The notes under the pieces: model-generated
Told to the model about the DNA's origin: nothing
Seen by the model: the letters and a program-made list of their open reading frames with translations, nothing else
Database searches by the model: none
Program-made: the position numbers and the translations under genes
In this document: positions 27,577-33,935 of the stretch, piece by piece
Layout: each line of letters opens with the position of its first letter
Numbering within the stretch: the first letter of the stretch is position 1
Assembly: GCA_043803815.1 (NCBI GenBank)
Contig: JAZDJR010000036.1
Location: 1-33,935 of the forward strand
Direction: 5' to 3'
Length of the DNA: 33,935 nt
Source of the DNA: Candidatus Micrarchaeota archaeon
GTDB lineage: Archaea > Iainarchaeota > Iainarchaeia > Iainarchaeales > JAGVWC01

Positions 27577-27972
27577 TTATTTTTCGATTAACCGCTTTAA
27601 AACCCGCAAATTTTCTTGTTTTAACGGAGCTTCGATTTCGTTGTCAATGCCATTTTCCTCCGAATAGGTCAAACGCGTTCCTGCCGGCGTGCGGTCAAAC
27701 CGGTACGAACAGGTGTACTGCGAATTGGCGAGATGAAAATCCAATTGTTTGTTTAAAAAAAATCCCGTTATGACCAAAGACGTTTTTTTTATTTTTCCCG
27801 CCGAATCAACCACCTTTTGGGAATAAATCGTTCCAAGACCGACATGTGGCTTGTCGGTTTTTTCTTCCAGAATAGACGAAATCCATTTCGGCGTATTCGC
27901 GGGATTGATGCAGAACTGGAAAACGGCTTCAACCGGCCGCTTTATTTCAACGGTTAAGACGTTTTTTTTCAT
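27577..27972 (-). CDS. SRPBCC/START-fold protein
   Basis: VEIKRPVEAVFQF..NP.N.PKW...GTRLTY...L..LK.LIE. Confidence 0.85.
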   Translation of the reverse strand: MKKNVLTVEIKRPVEAVFQFCINPANTPKWISSILEEKTDKPHVGLGTIYSQKVVDSAGKIKKTSLVITGFFLNKQLDFHLANSQYTCSYRFDRTPAGTRLTYSEENGIDNEIEAPLKQENLRVLKRLIEK

Positions 27973-27995
27973 AAAAATAAAAAGTGAAAAAAGAA

Positions 27996-28547
27996 TCAGA
28001 ATTTGACGCTTATCGGTTCGCGGCTTTTTTCTTCGATTTCAAAGAACGGGTGGCCGGTGAAACCCATCATTCCGCCGATCATGTTTCCGGGAAAAGTCTG
28101 CAGGGCGTTGTTAAAGGACAGGACCGAATCGTTGTAGAATTGCCGCGCGTACGCGATTTTTCCCTCGATTCCGGAGAGTTCTTCCTGCAGCATCAAGAAA
28201 TTTTGGCTTGCTTTCAAGTCGGGATAATTTTCCGCGACCGCAAAAAGACTTTTGAGCGCGCCGGTCAGCATGTTTTGGGATTCTGCTTTTTCTTCCATGG
28301 TTCCGGCTTTCATAATGGAAGCGCGGGCTTTCGTGACTTCTTCAAAAACGCTTTTTTCGTATTTGGCGTATCCTTTGACGGTTTCCACCAGATTGGGCAC
28401 CAAATCAAACCGGCGCTTTAACTGGACGTCGATTTGGCTCCATGCGTTATTAATCTGGTTTCGAAGCGAAATCAGGCCGTTAAACAGGGCAATAACCGCG
28501 ATTACGATGAGGACAAAAATTCCAAGGACAATCCATTCCAAAACCAT
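27996..28547 (-). CDS. lemA: LemA-family protein
   Basis: [42 protein letters not shown]. Confidence 0.96.
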   Translation of the reverse strand: MVLEWIVLGIFVLIVIAVIALFNGLISLRNQINNAWSQIDVQLKRRFDLVPNLVETVKGYAKYEKSVFEEVTKARASIMKAGTMEEKAESQNMLTGALKSLFAVAENYPDLKASQNFLMLQEELSGIEGKIAYARQFYNDSVLSFNNALQTFPGNMIGGMMGFTGHPFFEIEEKSREPISVKF

Positions 28548-28636
28548 TTTCAAAACCCCGCAAAAGTTATTCAATAGTATAAGCGCAGTTTTAGCTTAAA
28601 AATGTTTTTATTAAAAAAGGAAAAAGAATCAGCCGC

Positions 28637-29221
28637 TTAGAATCGTCTTTCGCGGTCAAACCGCCCCATTTCGCGTTCTCTGGGCGGAAAGCGCGTGAAC
28701 AAATGGTGCTTTTCGTCTTCGTCTTCCAGTTCGGTCATTATGCGGCGCACAAACGCTTTTTGGATGTGGCCGACGCCGGAAATGCGCTCTTCGAATTCCA
28801 TAAATGACGAAAACGGCTTTTTTTGTCGTTCGTCCAGAATCAAAAACACGTGTTTTTTCCCGATTCCCGGAATCAGTTCCAATTGATGGCGGCGCAAAGT
28901 AATCGGGTTGGAATTGTTCAAAAAATCGACAAAGCGCGGCTGGTTTTCGGCAACGACGGCTTCAACGGCTTTTTCGATTTCGCCTGCGGCTGTTGAAGTA
29001 AGCTCCTTGAATGGGATGCGGCGCTTAATCAGTTCGATGTCTTCGCGCGTGTCTTTTCCGATGTAAACGCTCGAGCCGATTTTGAGTTCGCGCTTGGGAA
29101 TCACTTCAAGCAGGGAAAAAAAATCCGTGCCTAATACCTGGGCAATCGGTTCGGTCTTAACGCTGGAGGATTTGCCGCGCGGCAAATAGTCAAGTACGAT
29201 GGCGTGTTCTTCGTTCGGCAT
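28637..29221 (-). CDS. DUF655-family putative RNA-binding protein
   Basis: AIVLDYLP.G, LLE and HQLELIPGIGKK motifs; conserved position after rpoF. Confidence 0.92.
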   Translation of the reverse strand: MPNEEHAIVLDYLPRGKSSSVKTEPIAQVLGTDFFSLLEVIPKRELKIGSSVYIGKDTREDIELIKRRIPFKELTSTAAGEIEKAVEAVVAENQPRFVDFLNNSNPITLRRHQLELIPGIGKKHVFLILDERQKKPFSSFMEFEERISGVGHIQKAFVRRIMTELEDEDEKHHLFTRFPPREREMGRFDRERRF

Positions 29222-29286
29222 TCTACATTTCCTCTGCGATTGTTTTTTTGTTTTGTTTTCAGGTTCAAGGAAAATCACTGGTGAGA

Positions 29287-29619
29287 TTAAACATACTTTT
29301 TAACCGTATCCACGATTTGGGTTTGGCTTTCAGGGGACAATTTTATGTTTTTGGCAAGCAATAATTCCAATACGGTTTTTTCAACCGGCAAAACATCCGC
29401 GATTTTGACTGCGAGCCAGTCGCTCACGCCGTCTATTTTCATCAGGTCGTGGACGAGTTTTTCGCTTTTGGCCGGAGTCAGGCGCGAAAATTTTCCCGTG
29501 TATTTCAAGCTCATGTCCTGTTCGTACGTCGGCGTAACGTCTTTGGTCCGCGTTTTCAATAAATCCTGCGCTTTGGTCAAAGATACCGGTGTTTTTCCCA
29601 AAATTTTTTCAGCTAACAT
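29287..29619 (-). CDS. rpoF: RNA polymerase subunit F (Rpo4)
   Basis: TYEQ...Y..KF...AVKIADVLP; lies between rpl21e and DUF655. Confidence 0.9.
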   Translation of the reverse strand: MLAEKILGKTPVSLTKAQDLLKTRTKDVTPTYEQDMSLKYTGKFSRLTPAKSEKLVHDLMKIDGVSDWLAVKIADVLPVEKTVLELLLAKNIKLSPESQTQIVDTVKKYV

Positions 29620-29632
29620 TTTGTTTTCTCCT

Positions 29633-29947
29633 TTATGCCGCTTTGGCTGTTCCCGGAGCCTTGACTTGCCGCAAATGCGCGGGAGTAAAAGTCCATTGCT
29701 TGGACTTGTTCTGGTCGAAAAATTCCACGACTACGCCTGTCCGGCCTTTTTTGGCGATTACTTCGCCGGTCAAGCCGACAAAGCGCTTGAACGTATGGCC
29801 GCCATGCACGGACGGGTCAACGGTAATATGGACCTTGGTTCCGGGCTTAAAATCCGCCAGGCGGGTTCGAATCGTCAATGGCGCGCCTTTTCTGCTAAAC
29901 TTTTGGCGCGTTTTGGCACGCCGGCCTTTTCCTTTTTTGTTGGACAT
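29633..29947 (-). CDS. rpl21e: 50S ribosomal protein L21e
   Basis: G.R.KTR, G.KVHI..DPSVHGG, RF.G.TG.V, PAHL. Confidence 0.95.
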   Translation of the reverse strand: MSNKKGKGRRAKTRQKFSRKGAPLTIRTRLADFKPGTKVHITVDPSVHGGHTFKRFVGLTGEVIAKKGRTGVVVEFFDQNKSKQWTFTPAHLRQVKAPGTAKAA

Positions 29948-30122
29948 TCATTCGCCTTTTTTAATACTAAGAATTGTTCCAAAGAAACCTTTAAAATAGA
30001 AAAGCCCAAAACCTGTCAAATTATCCAAAAGAACTGGGTTTTCAAGCCATTCCATTTTGAACCCCTTTTTAAATACATTTTTAAAGGTTTTTAAAGGGTC
30101 TTTTGTAAAGGGGTTGGGAAAA

Positions 30123-30743
30123 ATGAAATATCAAATAGTGAATTTGGTTGCCAGCGCTAACCTGAACGCCACACTCGATTTGTATAATCTTGCGGTGACG
30201 ATTCCCAATATCGAGTACGAGCCCGAACAATTTCCGGGCGCGATTTTGAAACTAAAAGAGCCGAAAGTTTCCATGCTATTGTTCAAAAACGGAAAAGTAA
30301 TTATTTCCGGCGCAAGCTCCGAGGAGCAAATCACGCAGGGAATCCGAAAAGCGTCAAAACTGATTCATGAAATCCAGCCGGCAGTAAAAGTCGTCAACAA
30401 GCCGGATTTTGAAGTTGTTAATCTGGTGGCTACCGCCAATTTGAACATGGCTTTGGACTTGTTCAAAACCGCTTTGGAACTGGATAACGTGGAATATGAA
30501 CCCGAGCAGTTTCCCGGAGCGATTCTTCGGATTGCCGACCCCAAAATCACGTTGCTCTTGTTCAAAAACGGCAAAGTGATTTGTGCCGGCGCCAAGCGCG
30601 AAGACTTGCTGCGAAAAGGCCTGAAAAAAGCCGCGGAAATGGTTGCCGCCGCCAACAAGAACGTCAAGAGCTTTGATGACGAGGATTTAAACGACGAGGA
30701 AAAAGCCCCGAAAAAAGCCGCGAAATCCAAAGCCAAAAAATAA
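30123..30743 (+). CDS. tbp: TATA-box-binding protein
   Basis: Two repeats of NLVA.A...EYEPEQFPGAI...LLFKNGKVI..GA; ATG at 30123. Confidence 0.98.
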   Translation: MKYQIVNLVASANLNATLDLYNLAVTIPNIEYEPEQFPGAILKLKEPKVSMLLFKNGKVIISGASSEEQITQGIRKASKLIHEIQPAVKVVNKPDFEVVNLVATANLNMALDLFKTALELDNVEYEPEQFPGAILRIADPKITLLLFKNGKVICAGAKREDLLRKGLKKAAEMVAAANKNVKSFDDEDLNDEEKAPKKAAKSKAKK

Positions 30744-30814
30744 GGGATTTTGGCCAATAACCCGCAAAAGCCCCAAAGCGGAGCCTTTTTAATCTTTTTT
30801 AGGGGAAATTATTT

Positions 30815-30934
<120 letters not shown>

Positions 30935-31111
30935 CTATTTATTTATTTTTTATTTCGCTTTTTTTCGGTTTTTTTTAGATTCGAAGTTTCAAATCGTTTA
31001 ATCGTTAAACGAAATGCCGCGAATTTTGTTCAATCATTGAACGAACTGTCTTGGCTGGTTGGCTCCCTAATTGTTCAAACGAACGTGCCTCCTAAAAGCA
31101 GTATTCAAATT

Positions 31112-32113
31112 TCAGTTTTTGGGTAATTGATTTCCGCTTGATTTTGCGGAATGCTGACCAATTACTTCTTCCGCGAGGAACTTGGTGAACGGCTTGTAGT
31201 CGTTCGTGTTTCCGGCGGCCTGTGTTCCCATATAAGGACTTCTTTTTTTTAGCGGAATGTTGGTAAATGGAAATTCTTTTTGTTGCAAAATATAATTTAT
31301 TAAAAGCCGGGCCATGCGGCCATTGCCGTCCGCAAACGGGTGAATCGACGTAAATTGGGTGTGGAATTTGGCGGCGAGTTCCACGGGATGAATTAGTTCG
31401 TGGTTGTCAAAATACCAGTCCACCAGTTTTTTCATTAGACTCGGCACTTGTGCGGGCAACGGAAATTCGTGCATCGAACCGCGGATAAAGACCTGAACGG
31501 GGCGATAAATGCCTTGGTACTTTTCGTAATTCGGAATGTCTTGCAATAGAATGTAATGCAACTGCAGAATAATTTTTTCAGACAACGGTTCGTTGATTTT
31601 GAGGTATTGTTCGTAGCGGTCGAGGCAATGGTTCAGGTTGATGGCTTCCTGTTCGTCCTGACTCATGCCGGTTATGATTGGACGGTTTTTTTTCTTTAGG
31701 CTGTGGAATTTTTTTTCCTGCGACAAAACCTGTTCGGTTTCGTGATATGTCAGCGAACTGCCCTCAATCGCGTTGGAATCTGAAATGAAGGTTATCCGTT
31801 CGCGCTCCAAAAACTCCTTGCGCTTGTCCGCCGGCAATTTTTTCAGAAATTCGAGCCTGTTTATGCGAGCCGCTTCCAAGGCAACGGCTTTTCCAGCGGT
31901 AATGAACTCTGTTCGCGGCGGAACCAAGACCGCGTGTTTTTTTGAAAGCGCTTTTTGCCGTAATTCTTGGAAGGCCTTGATCAGTTCGCTGGTTGAAGGC
32001 GATTGGGCTCCCAAATACACGCTTTCCTTGACCCATTTGCCGGCCAGTTTGAACGATTCTTCCAAGTAGTAATAGAGGGAACCCTTGACTGTTCTTTGAA
32101 CGATGTGGCTCAT
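31112..32113 (-). CDS. Fic-domain protein (class II, N-terminal inhibitory motif)
   Basis: HPFADGNGRMAR active-site motif; SNAIEG inhibitory motif; extra N-terminal domain. Confidence 0.93.
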   Translation of the reverse strand: MSHIVQRTVKGSLYYYLEESFKLAGKWVKESVYLGAQSPSTSELIKAFQELRQKALSKKHAVLVPPRTEFITAGKAVALEAARINRLEFLKKLPADKRKEFLERERITFISDSNAIEGSSLTYHETEQVLSQEKKFHSLKKKNRPIITGMSQDEQEAINLNHCLDRYEQYLKINEPLSEKIILQLHYILLQDIPNYEKYQGIYRPVQVFIRGSMHEFPLPAQVPSLMKKLVDWYFDNHELIHPVELAAKFHTQFTSIHPFADGNGRMARLLINYILQQKEFPFTNIPLKKRSPYMGTQAAGNTNDYKPFTKFLAEEVIGQHSAKSSGNQLPKN

Positions 32114-32118
32114 ACATA

Positions 32119-32203
32119 GTTATCACTGAAACCAATATTTAAACTTAATCCAGTGATAACTTGTTATCACCGAAAACAAGACCCAAAACCGCCCAGTGAT
32201 AAC
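32119..32203. promoter_or_regulatory. Four-box operator-like array around the fic TATA box
   Basis: GTTATCACTG-N22-CAGTGATAAC-TT-GTTATCACCG-N21-CAGTGATAAC; the first spacer holds TTTAAATA on the minus strand. Confidence 0.75.
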
Positions 32204-32236
32204 CTAAAAGTAGTAAAGCCGTGCCCGACCCGCTAA

Positions 32237-32668
32237 TCACTTTTTATTCACTATTTTTTGAACCACTTCCAAAAATCCTTCCGCCATTTTAATTGCGGTA
32301 TCGGCGTTTGATTCTCGGACTTCCGCGTTTTTTTCAAGGCCATACATGAGCTCGTGGCGCGTCAAACGCAATGAGTTAAATTCGCTCAAATATTTACGTT
32401 CGATTTTGTCAGAATATTTTTTGGAAACAAAAACGTAAACCGCAAAGTGGCTTCGTTCCTTAAAGCCGTCCTTGAAAAGCAGTGCTCGGGCGGTGTGAAA
32501 CATGGAGGCATACGCGTTGATGATGGCGCCTTCAAAAATAACATGCTCGAATTCGGTTTGGCTAAGCTCCAATTTGTGTTTTGCCATTTCAAGCGAGGAT
32601 TTTGCTTTTGCGGGGTCGGCTTTGATTTTGGCCAAAAGCCCCTGTTCAAGGCAATCGGTTATGTTCAT
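32237..32668 (-). CDS. HEPN-domain protein
   Basis: AY.SMFH.ARALL...G..E.SH and RHELMY; overlaps the MNT gene. Confidence 0.88.
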   Translation of the reverse strand: MNITDCLEQGLLAKIKADPAKAKSSLEMAKHKLELSQTEFEHVIFEGAIINAYASMFHTARALLFKDGFKERSHFAVYVFVSKKYSDKIERKYLSEFNSLRLTRHELMYGLEKNAEVRESNADTAIKMAEGFLEVVQKIVNKK

Positions 32669-33213
32669 AATACCACGGGCCGCTCGCCAAACAATACAAT
32701 GGAGTCATAGATAACGTTTTCGTAAAAAACCTTGTCGGTAAACGCTTTTTTTTTCCAATCTGAAAAGGAAAAAATCGAAACATTGGCCTCTTTTTTTAGT
32801 TTGTTGATAAAACCTAAATCCGTTTTTACGGACGCATTAGTGATAACCAGTAAATCAATGTCGCTTTTTTCGTCGTTGGTTCCGCGGCTCCAGCTTCCGT
32901 ACAATAATACCGATTGGACATTCGGAATTTTTTGGGTGATTTCGTTCGTAATTTTTGAGTCGGCCAGTTTGTCCAGATTAAACAAAATTTTCCAGTGCCG
33001 GCATAATGCACTTTCAAGGTTTGCTTTGTATTGGTAGGTATTGCCGGCGATTTTAAGGGAAACTATGCCTTTTTCTTTCATATAATCAAGTGAAGTTCGT
33101 GCGGCACCGGGGCTAAGCCCCGTTTTGGCCGCCAGGCCCCGAACCGAAAAACTTGTATTTGGCGAATCGGTAATAATGTGAATAGCAGTTATCAGCGCGT
33201 ACTTTTCGAGCAT
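32665..33213 (-). CDS. wHTH-fused minimal nucleotidyltransferase (MNT antitoxin)
   Basis: N-terminal HTH SVRGLAAKTGLSPG; LLYGSWSRG...SDIDL. Confidence 0.9.
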   Translation of the reverse strand: MLEKYALITAIHIITDSPNTSFSVRGLAAKTGLSPGAARTSLDYMKEKGIVSLKIAGNTYQYKANLESALCRHWKILFNLDKLADSKITNEITQKIPNVQSVLLYGSWSRGTNDEKSDIDLLVITNASVKTDLGFINKLKKEANVSIFSFSDWKKKAFTDKVFYENVIYDSIVLFGERPVVL

Positions 33214-33306
33214 TACAATATAAAATACGATTGTATATTTAAATATAACGAACTTTTTTCAATAACAATATAAAATTCATATGCTCGCCAAACCGCCGAC
33301 TCCGGT

Positions 33307-33744
33307 TTAAACGATGTTGAGCTGTATTTTTTTTGAAATGTCAAAGCTCACGGCCAAATCAAGCGACGCGGCCAAGTACCATTGGACCGGCTGGGGCCAT
33401 GCGCCTAACATTTGCGCGGCCTGAAGTACCGTTCCCATCACGCCTTCCGTGTCCGTCTTGGGCGCAAAAAGGTTTTGCGGAATCGTGATTTGAAACGGGT
33501 ATTCCTTATAACCGAAATATTCTTTTTCGCCGTCCAGATTAAGTGAAAATTCATAGACGCGGCTCAACCGGCGGTTTTTGCCGTAGCCGGTAATTTGTTC
33601 CCCGAAAAATTCAATGCGAACTCCGCGCGCTTTTTTGGGGTTATTGACCTGCAAGGTGACCGTTCCGGCGATTGTTTCGCCGGAAGCGAACTGGAACTTG
33701 GCGAGTTTAATGTCGATTTTGCCTTCGCCGATTCCAAAAACCAT
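33307..33744 (-). CDS. Arrestin-N/Spo0M-like beta-sandwich protein
   Basis: F..GE.I.G.V.L...K.RGV.I.F.G...YPFQI.IP...WYL.A.LD pattern; ATG at 33744. Confidence 0.65.
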   Translation of the reverse strand: MVFGIGEGKIDIKLAKFQFASGETIAGTVTLQVNNPKKARGVRIEFFGEQITGYGKNRRLSRVYEFSLNLDGEKEYFGYKEYPFQITIPQNLFAPKTDTEGVMGTVLQAAQMLGAWPQPVQWYLAASLDLAVSFDISKKIQLNIV

Positions 33745-33935
33745 AGGATTGGATAATGCAAAACTGGAATTTAATGGTTTTCTTTGGCTTAAAACGGGGG
33801 ACTCCTGACAATGGCGGTGGGTAACCACCGCCAAAAAGAAAGGGTTTCTTGTAAGAGTTGGGCGAATCGTTGTTTGATGCTGGTTTTTGGCGGGTAATGA
33901 ACGTAGCCGAGCCTAACGGCTGGGGGTTTGCGGCC

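Noticed and set aside
30123-30600. Internal duplication in tbp
   Set aside because: This is the normal two-repeat TBP architecture.

Overview
Archaeal chromosomal segment, most likely from a DPANN lineage (Diapherotrites/Iainarchaeota-like by gene content and style; this is inference). It carries two conserved archaeal housekeeping clusters, each interrupted by accessory genes: ftsZ-secE-spt5-rpl11-[hicBA + orphan]-rpl1-rpl10-rpl12, and rpl21e-rpoF-DUF655-[lemA-SRPBCC-htpX-mscS]-ksgA. It also holds tbp, an unlinked 5S rRNA, rpl44e, two enzymes of the AMP/pentose-bisphosphate pathway (R15P isomerase, AMP phosphorylase), a five-gene type IV pilin-like operon with a large vWA/LVIVD adhesin, a membrane-anchored Lon-like protease, and Fic and MNT-HEPN modules. 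The most striking observation is a 998-aa protein with condensin-type SMC head motifs, no recognisable hinge, and a Rad50-like CPVC zinc hook at its midpoint. Other notable items are an IS3-family end abutting the 5' half of a tRNA, a dispersed ~40-nt GC-rich intergenic repeat, long structured intergenic elements that share a 28-nt hairpin, and fixed-spacing double inverted-repeat modules, one of which has no gene. All calls are by eye; several starts were moved to more plausible codons than those in the ORF track.
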